From Deltaproteobacteria bacterium (GTDB taxonomy: Bacteria > Myxococcota_A > UBA9160 > SMWR01), in NCBI GenBank assembly GCA_032128375.1, contig JAQBGU010000232.1, positions 10,362 through 74,361 on the forward strand: DNA of 64,000 nt, given 5' to 3'. Made by a program: the position numbers and the translations under genes. The notes beneath the pieces were generated by a model. That model saw only the letters and a program-made list of their open reading frames with translations, had not been told where the DNA came from and made no database searches. Numbering within the stretch: the first letter of the stretch is position 1; the number at the start of each line of letters is the position of its first letter. Shown here in pieces: positions 47,718 through 57,883 of the stretch.

Positions 47718-49676
47718 TCACGGCCCGGCACGCGATGTGGGTTCGCGAGCGTGGACGGATGCTTCGAGCGCGTCCAATCGTGCGCTGAGTCGGCGGACCT
47801 GCCCCTCGAGGTGTGGTGTGCCGGCGACCGCGTCTCGTGCCGTTTCGAGCGAATCGCGCGCTTCTGTCGTCCGACCGAGATTGATCCAGTTGCGCGCGAT
47901 CATCACCGCCAGGCGCGGAGGCGCCGATTCCCCGAGTTCTGTTGCGACGCTCAAGTAGATCTGCTGAGCGGCTTCGGTGTCGCCCAGTGCGTTCCTTGCC
48001 TGGCCCACACAGGTTCTAAAGGTCGCGACGCCGCGCGTCGGGTGAGGTTGGCGGGCTGCGACCTGGTCGAGTGCAATCACACCCTCGTAGTCCTGCATGC
48101 CGAGTAGACTGATACAAGCGAGTTCGAACGCCGAAAGTGGGTTGAGGTAGCTGGTCTTTTGGGCTGAGGAGCCTTCCAGCGGAGGTGAGGAGCCTTCCAG
48201 CGAAGGTGAGGAGCCTTCCAGCGAAGGTGAAGAGCCTTCCAGCAGCGGCAGCAATCTCGCCGCAGCGGCTGCGAACAGTCCCCGATTGAATTCATCGAGA
48301 GCCAGAAGGTAGTGGCCTTCGCGGTAGTCGGGATCTCGCTCGACCGCCGGCCCGAACAGCCGCGCGGTTGACTGCCAATCGGGCAATCGAATCCAAGTGC
48401 GCTGACCCAGCGCGAGCACGGTTGCGACCGACAGCCCTGCGAGCAGCGGTACGCGAAGCCGCGGGACCATGCGCGCGAACAGCGCGGGAACGCAATCGGC
48501 TAAGAGCAGCGCGGTGCCGAAACAGGAAAGATACACGTAGCGCTCGCCGGTGGCGTGGAGGTTTGGGAACAAACCGGCGGTGGGAACGAACGCAATCCAG
48601 ATCCATACGATACCGAGCGCGCTCATCGGTCGGCGTCGAACCAGCGCGACAGCCGCCACTGCGGACCCGACCGCCAGGCTCGCGCCGAACCAGAAGCGAA
48701 GGTCGGCCGGCGATCGAACGATGCGCAATACGTCGCTCGTCGTCGAGTGCAGTGGGAAAAAGGTCCAACCCAACGCTGCTGGCCAGTTCGCGACTGATGT
48801 CGCGATTTGCGCCGCGTAGTTTCCGCCGATCGGCGGCAGGGGTGGAAGACCGCCCACGATTGCAGCCCGCCAGACCGTCATGTAGACAACGCTGATCGAA
48901 ATATGTGCGGCCGCGATCGCGATCGCGCTTCGGGTGTCGATCTTGCGAGCGGCTGTATGTTGGGCTGCGATCAGGCATGCGACCAACAGGATCGGTTCGA
49001 CGGCCGCGCGCTCCTTGGAAAGCAGCGCGGCGACCAGCGCGACAATCGAGCTGATTGCGAATCCCGCCACCCGCATGGGGCCCGCGGACGAAGTGCTGTG
49101 GATTCCGAGCCAGATAGCGGCGATCGAAAACAGTGCGCACAGAGTTCCGGAAACACCCGAGATCCACGTCGTCGTCTCGATTGCGACCGGGTGTGCCGCC
49201 ATGAACAGCGCGGCAAAAGAGGCCGCCGATACGTTTCCGGTCAGTGTCAAAGCCAAAACGCCGAAGGCGGCAACACAAAGCGCTCCGGCGAGTATCGTTA
49301 GGCTGCGATACGCGCGCGGGGTGTCACCGAGCCACTGTGTCGTCAGACTCAGTAGCGCAACCTGCAGTGGCCGGTAATACGGTTGTGTTGCGCCCGCGCC
49401 ACGAAAAGCGATGCGGTGCAGGGGCTCACCGAACGAAGCGACAATTTCGCCCGCGGGCCGAATCATCGATTTTTGTCCGATTGCCGAGATATCGGTCCAG
49501 ACGAACGGATAGTCGAGAGAACGCGATTGCAACAATGCGAACAAGATGGCCGGCAGCACCGCGACACAGGCCAGCGCGGTACGCCCGCGGCGAATTCCAC
49601 CGGCGGCAGCGGTGTCTAGACTGGGAATCGAGCCCACGCTGGCAGTTTGTCTGCATGCGACCGGCTTGTCCACCAA
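47718..49676 (-). CDS. TMTC-like GT-C membrane glycosyltransferase with C-terminal TPR-like region
   Basis: FVWTD loop, YYRPL, HP..E, SKE, ERYVYL, W.S...LF; 21-bp repeat giving LEGSS(P) about 4 times (48165-48243). Confidence 0.78.
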   Translation of the reverse strand: MVDKPVACRQTASVGSIPSLDTAAAGGIRRGRTALACVAVLPAILFALLQSRSLDYPFVWTDISAIGQKSMIRPAGEIVASFGEPLHRIAFRGAGATQPYYRPLQVALLSLTTQWLGDTPRAYRSLTILAGALCVAAFGVLALTLTGNVSAASFAALFMAAHPVAIETTTWISGVSGTLCALFSIAAIWLGIHSTSSAGPMRVAGFAISSIVALVAALLSKERAAVEPILLVACLIAAQHTAARKIDTRSAIAIAAAHISISVVYMTVWRAAIVGGLPPLPPIGGNYAAQIATSVANWPAALGWTFFPLHSTTSDVLRIVRSPADLRFWFGASLAVGSAVAAVALVRRRPMSALGIVWIWIAFVPTAGLFPNLHATGERYVYLSCFGTALLLADCVPALFARMVPRLRVPLLAGLSVATVLALGQRTWIRLPDWQSTARLFGPAVERDPDYREGHYLLALDEFNRGLFAAAAARLLPLLEGSSPSLEGSSPSLEGSSPPLEGSSAQKTSYLNPLSAFELACISLLGMQDYEGVIALDQVAARQPHPTRGVATFRTCVGQARNALGDTEAAQQIYLSVATELGESAPPRLAVMIARNWINLGRTTEARDSLETARDAVAGTPHLEGQVRRLSARLDALEASVHAREPTSRAGP

Positions 49677-49886
49677 ATCTCATCCGGACATATTTGCGTG
49701 ATACGAGTTTCGTGTACTCCCCCCACGAGCATCACCGTTGCATGAGAATCCCCGCATCACCCGACGAATCCGACGCAATGCGGCTGACGGCTGCGTTGCG
49801 CATTGAGGGAACCCTCCAGGAGTCGACTGCAGATTCATCGAGAATCATCGCGGCTGTGGACCGGAGCGCAGCGCGGCCCCTGCTTG

Positions 49887-50459
49887 CTAGAAACGCGCAG
49901 CCGGCTCGGGAATCGGGCAGTAGGCACCCTCCGAGAAGCCATGGGCGGGGATCTCCAGCGCGTGATTCAATCGCGCCAGGTAGTTCTCCCAAGCGATGGC
50001 CGCGCTCAATTCCACCAGCTGCTTGGCGTTGAATTCCTTCTTGAGTGTTTCGAACAACTCGTCTGGGACATTCACCGATGTCTGTGTCATCTCTTCGGCG
50101 TACTCGATCACGGATTTTTCGAGCGCCGTCAGTACGCCGCTTTCACGGTAGTTCGGGAGATCGCGCAATTGTTGGTCAGTGACGCCGTGTTTTCTGCCGA
50201 CGGCAGAACCGATGTCAATTCAGAAGTGACAGCCGACGAGCAACGCAACCTTGATGGTCGCGAGTGCCTTCAGGTCTGCGGGCACACTCGACGCACGTTC
50301 GCTGATCATGTTGTACGTGCCCATTGCGGCCAGTACGCCGGAGTGGTGACCGATCACGCGAAGCGGTTCCGTCTCGGCTCCCAGGGTTCTCATCGAAATG
50401 AACCGGGACAGTCGATAGAACCAACCCGCCTGTTTTCCGACACCTTCGATTCGCGTCAT
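49887..50459 (-). CDS. AhpD/carboxymuconolactone-decarboxylase family protein, probable selenoprotein (UGA at codon 80, CxxU)
   Basis: The two ORF-track fragments are in one frame joined by TGA (50220-50222): GCHF-U-IDIGSAVGRKHGVT. SECIS-like hairpin directly downstream. Confidence 0.85.
50192..50208 (-). promoter_or_regulatory. Bacterial SECIS-like hairpin
   Basis: mRNA UUCUGCC-GUC-GGCAGAA, perfect 7-bp stem; the G-first loop begins at nucleotide 19 after the UGA. Confidence 0.75.
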
Positions 50460-50614
50460 CGCAATTTCCTTGTCTGATATGGGGTCCGTTGAAAGGTCTG
50501 TTGTCGGCCGTTTGGTGGACGCCGTTTTTTGAGGTCGCGCGACCGCTTTGAGCGAGCGCACAGCACGAGTCTACTGATCACGGGCCGAGTTCTCATCGGA
50601 GCCAATTCCGGCGT

Positions 50615-51886
50615 TCAGCGGCTCCGATTGGCTCCGTTGGGGCCTTCTCGCTCAGCGCTACTGGGCCTGACCGCCAGCGTGCTCTCGATCTCGATGGGCT
50701 CGCCCGCTCTCGACAGGGTCATTGACAGCGTCTGGCCCGGTAACATCCCGATCAGTTCGCGACGGAATGCGACGAAGTTCGGTATCTCGATGCCCTCGAC
50801 GCGTCGCACCAGGTCTCCGTCGAGCAATCCCGCAAGTGCCGCCGGGCTGTTCGGGACGACTCCCTCGATGACGACAGCGTTGTGGTTCGACTCGCCGAGC
50901 TGTTCCGCTTCGCCCGGTTCGAGTGCACGGGCGGAGGCACCGAACCAGCCGCGGTCGCTTCGGCCCGAAATCAATAGTGGCATGACCCGCTTTACGGTGT
51001 CGATCGGGATTGCAAATCCGATGTTCTGCGCGTCCGATACGATTGCGGTGTTGATCCCGACTACTTCGCCGCGAAGATTCAACAGCGGGCCGCCGCTGCT
51101 CCCCGGGTTGATTGCCGAGTCTGTTTGCAGGTAGTCGATCAACGAGGCTCCCTCACCGGGAACGATGCGCTCCTTGGCACTCACCAGACCCGATGTGACC
51201 GTGTGGTTCAAGCCGAGTGGGTTGCCGACTGCGACGACCATCTCGCCGACCTCGAGTGCGGTCGAGCTGCCAAGTGGCAGGATCGTCATACCGGGCTGGG
51301 GTTCGATCCGGATCAGCGCTGTATCGGAAAGCGGATCGATCCCAATGATCTTGGCCGGGTACTCTTCCGGATCTCCAGCCCGCACGACACGAACGTCTGT
51401 CGCGTTTTGAACGACGTGAGCGTTGGTGAGGATGTATCCGGCTTCATTGATCAAGAAACCCGAGCCCAGGCTGAAGCCTTGCGACTTGTACGGAATCGGG
51501 ACTTGGAATGGGATGAAATCGAGTGCTGCCGACAGCAGCGGAATTCGAATCGGCAACAGGTCTCCGGGTACGAACCCGATTCGCGCTTCCCTCGCTTGCA
51601 GCACCCGCGTATACAAGTTGACGGTTCCGCCCGAGACAGAGGCTGCGATGTTCGAGAACGTCCGATGGTGAATCGGAATGGCTTCACCCGGCGGGGTCGC
51701 CAACCCGTCGGTCCAAAATCCCGCGAGATCGAGTTCGGCGGGGTTGATGTTGCGAAAGCGCGAGTCGAAGACGGGGTCATCCTCTGCAACCAGCGGTTCA
51801 TTGGTCTGGCGTGGAGCCAGTGTGCAGCCGCTGACCCATGCGACGGCCGCCAAGCCTAGCCCAAGCGCACAAATAATTGATTTCAA
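50615..51886 (-). CDS. HtrA/DegQ-family serine protease with PDZ domain, lipoprotein
   Basis: VSG-C lipobox, GSGF, TNAHV, TDSAINPGSSGGPL, one PDZ. Likely TTG start near 51886. Confidence 0.92.
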   Translation of the reverse strand: MKSIICALGLGLAAVAWVSGCTLAPRQTNEPLVAEDDPVFDSRFRNINPAELDLAGFWTDGLATPPGEAIPIHHRTFSNIAASVSGGTVNLYTRVLQAREARIGFVPGDLLPIRIPLLSAALDFIPFQVPIPYKSQGFSLGSGFLINEAGYILTNAHVVQNATDVRVVRAGDPEEYPAKIIGIDPLSDTALIRIEPQPGMTILPLGSSTALEVGEMVVAVGNPLGLNHTVTSGLVSAKERIVPGEGASLIDYLQTDSAINPGSSGGPLLNLRGEVVGINTAIVSDAQNIGFAIPIDTVKRVMPLLISGRSDRGWFGASARALEPGEAEQLGESNHNAVVIEGVVPNSPAALAGLLDGDLVRRVEGIEIPNFVAFRRELIGMLPGQTLSMTLSRAGEPIEIESTLAVRPSSAEREGPNGANRSR

Positions 51887-52033
51887 CCGTTCCCCCGAAT
51901 CTCGTCGTCTGTTCGCAGTCGGATAAAAACAGCACGATCGCACCATCGGCTCTTCTGCCGCTACACCTGAACAGGCGCCGGGCCGCCACTTGGCGAATTG
52001 TTCGAATTCTTCACCGTCGCCACATCCGATTTG

Positions 52034-53320
52034 CTACAGCGGTTGTGTCTCCGGGCTGGTCACCTCCCGTTCCACCAGCTTCCCATCCTTGAACCGCGAC
52101 GTAACGTCGATGATTCCGTCGGCATCAGTGTCCTCTTCGCGCTTCGCGAGCTCGGACTTTCCGCTGGTAATGTCGAAGGTCTCGAAGATGTCCGCCGGTC
52201 CAGCGCCACGGCTGGAGCGTTCGATGCGTACCACAACCTCTTCGCCCCGCGAGATGTCGTATGTAGTCCAGGTGTCGGTTACGCCGTCGTGGTCTCGATC
52301 GACCTCGCTACTGGTACGAAACAGGTTCTTGTAGCGAATCAGTTGGTCGATGCGGCCGTCATTGTCACTGTCGTGGCGCTCTTCAGCCAGCGCGTCGCCG
52401 CGGTATTCGTAGAAGCTGTCGACGACGCCGTTGCGATTGCGATCGACGGTGCGTCCCGTCATGCGTGCGTCGCGATACTCCTCCCAGACGTCGACTTCGC
52501 CGTCGGCATCGGTGTCGCGCAAGCGTCGGGTCAGCTCTCCGTCTTCGTAACTCTGCCAGGTGTCGATCTGGCCATCGCCGTTGCTGTCCTCCTCGTAGCG
52601 AAGCAGCTTGTCGCCGCCTCGGACAAAAAACAGGATCCGTTCCGGCACGCCATCACCGTTGTCGTCTTGGAGGCCCCGGTCGACCTTCAGGGTCTCCGCG
52701 TTATCCCAACTTCCTGCGACAATCGTGACAGGTTCGAGTGTCAGGGAATCTCGAGAGGCGCTGTTCGCCGGCGCCCGCGGTGCGATTCGCGGGTTCGCGC
52801 GCTCGGCCAGTCTCTCTCCGGTAATCAGCGAATCGATCGATGCGGGGCCGGACGTGTCGGCGCCCATGCGATCCAGAGCTTCTTGTCGCCGCTGCAGTTC
52901 TTCTTCGATCTCCCGATCGAGCGCCCCGCCCTGGAGGTTCGGACCTCCACGCGACCAGTGATCCGACGATTCCTCCTCCAGATCGAACGGCGTGTGGCCC
53001 GTGATCGCTGTGTAGATCAGAAGCGTCCCCGCACCGCTGGTCGGATCCGGCTCGGGTAGCGTTCGCTGGCCTTCGGTCGGCCACGGGGGCTCGGGGACTT
53101 CGGTATCGGCGGTTTGTTCAGCGATCCGTTCGGAGAGGGGGCTATCCGCGACGGCTTGGGTTCCCGGAAGGCTCGATGCCGGCGGGTTCGTAGTGGCGCA
53201 CCCCCAGATCAGGGGCAGTGACAGCCCAATCCACAGCAACGTCGAGCCGAGATTCAGTTCGATCTTCGGTGCAGCGCCGCTCTGGGAGCCCACCCACGTT
53301 CGATTCACCGAGTCATTCAC
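52034..53320 (-). CDS. Lipoprotein with many Dx(D/N)xDG calcium-binding repeats
   Basis: IWG-C lipobox; DDNGDG, DSNGDG, DTDADG, DRNRNG, DSDNDG, DRDHDG, DTDADG. Start uncertain. Confidence 0.78.
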   Translation of the reverse strand: MNDSVNRTWVGSQSGAAPKIELNLGSTLLWIGLSLPLIWGCATTNPPASSLPGTQAVADSPLSERIAEQTADTEVPEPPWPTEGQRTLPEPDPTSGAGTLLIYTAITGHTPFDLEEESSDHWSRGGPNLQGGALDREIEEELQRRQEALDRMGADTSGPASIDSLITGERLAERANPRIAPRAPANSASRDSLTLEPVTIVAGSWDNAETLKVDRGLQDDNGDGVPERILFFVRGGDKLLRYEEDSNGDGQIDTWQSYEDGELTRRLRDTDADGEVDVWEEYRDARMTGRTVDRNRNGVVDSFYEYRGDALAEERHDSDNDGRIDQLIRYKNLFRTSSEVDRDHDGVTDTWTTYDISRGEEVVVRIERSSRGAGPADIFETFDITSGKSELAKREEDTDADGIIDVTSRFKDGKLVEREVTSPETQPL

Positions 53321-53424
53321 CTTGTTTTCGCCCAGCTCGAGCGCTCCGAAACGTCGACGGCCGAAGAATACCGTTTTCAGTCCTGCGTGGAACTGTGCGT
53401 TGGGTTGCAGCATCTTGGAACCGG

Positions 53425-54180
53425 ATGGGACACCTGAAGTTGTGCTCAATGATTGCCGTTTTTTCGCTGCTAGCCGCCGGCTGTGCGCTGCCCGATGCAG
53501 CGCGCCGCTCGTCCGAGCTCTTGAAGCGCGGTTGGGACATCGATTCCAACGGCGCCAAGGTGATGCTGACCGGTCCCGTCTCGACTTTGCAGGCAGCCGC
53601 CGAAATAGCGGTGTACTCGGTCGTCCGCCACGATGGCCCGCCACGCGAGCCCGAGGTCAAGTGGTTCCACTTCTACGACAGGCCGATGCGCGCGGCCGAA
53701 GAAATTGCAATCTTGTGTCACCTGAATTCAGCGACACACATCGTGACGATTCGCGGCGTGGGCCAGCCGTTCGCCGTCCCAGCACGCCATGAGCAATGGC
53801 ATTTCCCTGAGTGCATCGAGGTCCTGGGAGGTGAGTACGAACTCACGGTCGGGTACTACTCGCGCGAGACCGTCGAGAAAGCTCTCAAAGCCAAGACGAT
53901 TACCACAGAATCGACCAAGCCCAGTACGGCCCATTGGGAGGCCAAACCTGGTTCGGTGTACGTGCTGGCTGCGGTGATCGGCAAGCCGGTCCGCGCTCCG
54001 GGTGAGGCGCCCGCCTATCGCGTTCGCCCCCGCTCCAAGGATCTGTGGACCTATGAATACAAGCTGGAAGTGAGCCACTGGAAGGCGGCCATCGTGCGGC
54101 TCGGGCCCGACGATCGGCTGCTGCAGAATATCGCAGGCAATAGAGACCAGTGGCGGCGCCACGAGCGCTCGCTGTACTGA
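53425..54180 (+). CDS. Hypothetical lipoprotein
   Basis: LLAAG-C lipobox after ATG 53425. Confidence 0.72.
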   Translation: MGHLKLCSMIAVFSLLAAGCALPDAARRSSELLKRGWDIDSNGAKVMLTGPVSTLQAAAEIAVYSVVRHDGPPREPEVKWFHFYDRPMRAAEEIAILCHLNSATHIVTIRGVGQPFAVPARHEQWHFPECIEVLGGEYELTVGYYSRETVEKALKAKTITTESTKPSTAHWEAKPGSVYVLAAVIGKPVRAPGEAPAYRVRPRSKDLWTYEYKLEVSHWKAAIVRLGPDDRLLQNIAGNRDQWRRHERSLY

Positions 54181-54244
54181 GCGACTTGCCTGCCGGCCAG
54201 CAGACCGACGAGCGGCGCACGCAATCGGGGAAAGGAGCCAGTCG

Positions 54245-55258
54245 ATGAAGCAGGGCCTTCGCACCGCGCTTTGTGATCTACTCGGCATTGAAGTGCCGAT
54301 CGTGCAGGCGGGTATGGGGTACGTGGCTCGCGGCGAACTCGCAGCTGCCGTCTCGGAGGCTGGCGGGCTGGGCATGATCGGTGCCGCGTCGCTCAATGCG
54401 GCGGGATTGCGCGACGAGATTCGCAAGGTCAAAGACTTGACCGATCGTCCGTTCGGCGTCGATATCCTGTTCGCGACAGTCGGGCGCCCTGCATCGGACG
54501 ACGAAACAGTCGCGTTTACCCGCGATGTGCGAGAACAGATCGATGTCGTGTTCGAACAGGGCGTCCCGGTGCTCGCCAGTGGGCTGGGCGACCCCGGCCC
54601 GGTCGTACCGATCGCTCACGAACAAGGCATGAAGGTGATGGCGCTGGTCGGCAACACGCGAAGCGCCGCACGCGTGGCGGCCAGCGGCGTGGACGTAATC
54701 GTCGCGCAGGGCTACGACGGAGGCGGCCACACCGGGCGTATCGGCACGCTGTCGCTGCTGCCCGCGGTGCTCGATACGGTCGACGTCCCAGTCGTCGCCG
54801 CCGGCGGTATCGGTGACGGCCGCGGGATCGCAGCAGTGCTCGCAATGGGTGCAGTGGGTGTTTGGATGGGAACGCGCTTCGTAGCTTCCGAAGAGGCGTA
54901 TGCGCATGAGAACTACAAGCAGCGCATCGTCGAAATCGACGATGAGGGCACTACCGTCACGCGCTGTTTCAGTGGAAAACCGTGCCGCGTGATCAAGAAC
55001 GACACCACGCAGGCGTGGGAATCACGTGACCTACAGGACCAGATTGCGCGGTTTCCACGCCAGATGTGGGTCATCAGTGAATGGCTCGGTGAAGATCCCT
55101 ACATCGCTGCACGGCGCAAGGGAAGAATCGACAAGGGCGCCATGGCGGCCGGTCAGTCATCTGCGTTGATTCACGACTTGATGCCGGCAGCGAAGATTAT
55201 CGCCCGGTTGATGGCCGAGACCGAGCGCGCGCTGACGGCAGTCGACGCGCTGCGCTGA
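54245..55258 (+). CDS. Nitronate monooxygenase/FabK-like flavoprotein
   Basis: PIVQAGMG, AVSEAGGLG, QGYDGGGHTG, AAGGIGDGRG, MGTRF. Confidence 0.92.
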   Translation: MKQGLRTALCDLLGIEVPIVQAGMGYVARGELAAAVSEAGGLGMIGAASLNAAGLRDEIRKVKDLTDRPFGVDILFATVGRPASDDETVAFTRDVREQIDVVFEQGVPVLASGLGDPGPVVPIAHEQGMKVMALVGNTRSAARVAASGVDVIVAQGYDGGGHTGRIGTLSLLPAVLDTVDVPVVAAGGIGDGRGIAAVLAMGAVGVWMGTRFVASEEAYAHENYKQRIVEIDDEGTTVTRCFSGKPCRVIKNDTTQAWESRDLQDQIARFPRQMWVISEWLGEDPYIAARRKGRIDKGAMAAGQSSALIHDLMPAAKIIARLMAETERALTAVDALR

Positions 55259-55288
55259 AGCAGGGCGTCCAGGAGAATCGCAGCGCCG

Positions 55289-56134
55289 ATGACGATCAAC
55301 TGGTTCCCCGGCCATATGAACAAGGCGCGCCGCGAGCTCGCCAAGGCGCTGACTCGTATCGATGTGGTAATCGAGGTGGTCGACGCGCGCTTGCCGCGCT
55401 CGAGCCAAAACCCGATGCTGGCCAAATTGCGCAGCGATAAACCGTGCATCAAGATCTTGAATCGCAGCGATCTTGCGGACCCGGATATCACGCGTGAATG
55501 GATGGGACAGTTCAGTGGCAGTGACGAATTTGTCGCGATCGCGCTCAACGCGAGACAGAGCGGAGCAGTGCGCGGAATTCCAAAGTTATGTCGCAGGCTC
55601 GCGCCCCATCGGGTTGCGCCGGGAAAGACGATTCGCACCATGGTGGTCGGAATTCCAAACGTCGGGAAATCGACGTTGATCAATACGCTGGTGGGTCGTC
55701 CCATCGAGGAAGTGGGCGATCGGCCCGCGGTGACCAAGGGGCAACACAAGATTCATCTCGATGGCGGGATCAGCGTCGCGGATACGCCCGGTGTGCTATG
55801 GCCGAAGCTCGAGGACCAGTTGGGGGCACAGCGGCTGGCGGCCTCCGGTGCAATCAGAGACACCGCGTTCGACTATATGGAAATAGCGGCATTCGCGTCT
55901 CATTTCCTGCGCGATCGATACCCGGAAGTGTTGAGAGATAGATTCAAAATAGAGAATATCCCCACAGGCCAGTACGAGATACTCGAAGCCATCGGTCGGC
56001 GTCGCGGCTTTCTCAAGAGCGCTGGGATGGTCGACATCCAGCGAGCGGCCGAAACGCTGCTGCGCGAACTGCGTTCCGGAAAAATCGGTCGGATCAGCTT
56101 CGAACGCCCGGCCGATTTCCCGCCGACTCCCTAG
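55289..56134 (+). CDS. rbgA: Ribosome biogenesis GTPase RbgA/YlqF
   Basis: INWFPGHM, DARLP.SS.NP, GIPNVGKSTLIN, DTPG. Confidence 0.95.
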   Translation: MTINWFPGHMNKARRELAKALTRIDVVIEVVDARLPRSSQNPMLAKLRSDKPCIKILNRSDLADPDITREWMGQFSGSDEFVAIALNARQSGAVRGIPKLCRRLAPHRVAPGKTIRTMVVGIPNVGKSTLINTLVGRPIEEVGDRPAVTKGQHKIHLDGGISVADTPGVLWPKLEDQLGAQRLAASGAIRDTAFDYMEIAAFASHFLRDRYPEVLRDRFKIENIPTGQYEILEAIGRRRGFLKSAGMVDIQRAAETLLRELRSGKIGRISFERPADFPPTP

Positions 56135-56135
56135 C

Positions 56136-56918
56136 ATGGGTTTCTATCTCAGCAAGCTCGCCACGCAGGTCATCTACCCGCTGCCGCTGTCGATCCTGTT
56201 GGCATTGGTCGCGCTGCTGCTGCTGTGGAGACAACACCAGCGAACCGCCGGCGTGGTGCTGGCGACGTCGGTGGCGATCCTGTGGGCATCGTCGACCCAG
56301 GTCATCGCCCTCGCGCTGGGAAATTCCCTGGATCGACAGTATCCCCCGGTCCTGCCGGCAGACCTTCCGGAGGCCGGTGCGATCGTCGTCCTCGGGGGTG
56401 GCTTGCGCATGCCGGTGTCACCAGAGCTGTGGAGCGACCTCGGTTCGGGATCCGATCGCATGCTGCACGCGGCGCGGGTGTATCACGCTGGAAAGGCTCC
56501 CTTCGTCGTGGCCTCTGGAGGAGGCATGCCATGGGCACGCAGCCATGACGTGGCGGCCAACGGCATGGCCGACCTGTTGGTGGAGTGGGGCGTACCTCGC
56601 AGCGCCATCCTCATCGAACCGGACAGCCGCACGACCTACGAGAACGCGGTGCGCACGAAAGAGTTGCTCGATGCAAAGGGGATCGAAGACGTATTGCTCG
56701 TGACCAGTGCCATGCACATGCCCCGCGCATTGGCCGTCTTTCGCTCCGCGGGCATCCGCTCGCAACCGGCCGCGACGGACTACAAAGCGCTGAGCGGTCC
56801 ATCGGGCACGTTTTTGAGTTGGGTTCCCACGGTCACGAACCTGACGATGACCGAAGCCGTGATCAAAGAATACCTGGGACATGCGGTGTATCGGTGGCGG
56901 GGATGGATCCGCGATTAG
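56136..56918 (+). CDS. YdcF/ElyC (DUF218) family membrane protein
   Basis: IVVLGGG, SGG, SRTTYENA, LVTSAMHMPRA, KEYLG. Confidence 0.92.
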   Translation: MGFYLSKLATQVIYPLPLSILLALVALLLLWRQHQRTAGVVLATSVAILWASSTQVIALALGNSLDRQYPPVLPADLPEAGAIVVLGGGLRMPVSPELWSDLGSGSDRMLHAARVYHAGKAPFVVASGGGMPWARSHDVAANGMADLLVEWGVPRSAILIEPDSRTTYENAVRTKELLDAKGIEDVLLVTSAMHMPRALAVFRSAGIRSQPAATDYKALSGPSGTFLSWVPTVTNLTMTEAVIKEYLGHAVYRWRGWIRD

Positions 56919-57086
56919 CCGCGATTTCGCATGACCAGCGCGAATTCTTCGAATGCGTCACCGAGAGCTGGTGCTCTACGGCGCAGACTCCTGGAGCGTC
57001 AGCATGCCGCCGGCAGGAATTGAAGAGGTAGCCGTGATTCCCGCAATGGTGCCCAGGTGTTTGCCGGACCGGATATGCAGCATGGC

Positions 57087-57752
57087 TCAGCGGGGTTCCC
57101 ACGAGCCGTCGGGCTGCCGACAGGCCCTACCGAAGGCGGCCTCCTCTCGGCCGCCGATGGTTACCAATGTTGTGTACTCGCGGCAGTAGCCCTCCCCCTC
57201 GGCCTCGTAGGTTCGAGTGGGCGTGAACTGGTAGGTCGTGTCTTCGTCGGGGTTGCGCCACGTGATGGTCTCGCTCGACGGGGCGTGCTCGAGCGCTTGG
57301 CCGAAGCAAGCGCGGTCGACACCGGACGCGGCGTCCGCCAGCGCGCCGCCCAGCAGGGCGCCGCCGACGATGCCGCCGAAAATCGCCCGCGAGTCGCCGT
57401 CGGACAGTTCAGCCGCCAGCAGCCCGCCGCCCGCCGCGCCGAGCGCGGCGCCGAGTGCGTCGCGATGGCACGTGCGGACCGCGATTCCGAATGGCACCGC
57501 GTAGTGGACCTCTGCGTGGTGATGCTTGTGCTGGTGTCGGTATCCGTGCGCCGGCGCCCATGGCGGCGGGCCGCCACCGCGATAAACAACCTCCTGGATG
57601 ACATAGAGTTGTGTCTTTTTGTGATGTTGTTTCTCGTGGTGCGAATTCCTGTGATAGCCCTTCTTGTACCCAGGCTTGCCCTTGGCAAAGGAATCATCGG
57701 AAGCGAATAACAGAGTCAGAATCGCTCCTGCGACGATCGAGATTTTCCGCAT
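57087..57752 (-). CDS. Glycine-zipper 17-kDa-antigen-like surface protein
   Basis: Signal peptide, His-rich region with PPPWAPAHGYR, Gly-zipper, WRNPD, YCREY, G.ACRQPDGSW. Confidence 0.85.
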   Translation of the reverse strand: MRKISIVAGAILTLLFASDDSFAKGKPGYKKGYHRNSHHEKQHHKKTQLYVIQEVVYRGGGPPPWAPAHGYRHQHKHHHAEVHYAVPFGIAVRTCHRDALGAALGAAGGGLLAAELSDGDSRAIFGGIVGGALLGGALADAASGVDRACFGQALEHAPSSETITWRNPDEDTTYQFTPTRTYEAEGEGYCREYTTLVTIGGREEAAFGRACRQPDGSWEPR

Positions 57753-57883
57753 TCTTGCAAGTCTCCGTGAGGGTTCGATAGCCGGTTCGCGTTCGATCAG
57801 CTCGTATCATCGACGGGATCGAGGCAGCTTTGTGTGACGCTGGTCACGAACTGCCCGCAAACAAGCCAGCGCAAGCAGAGCAG

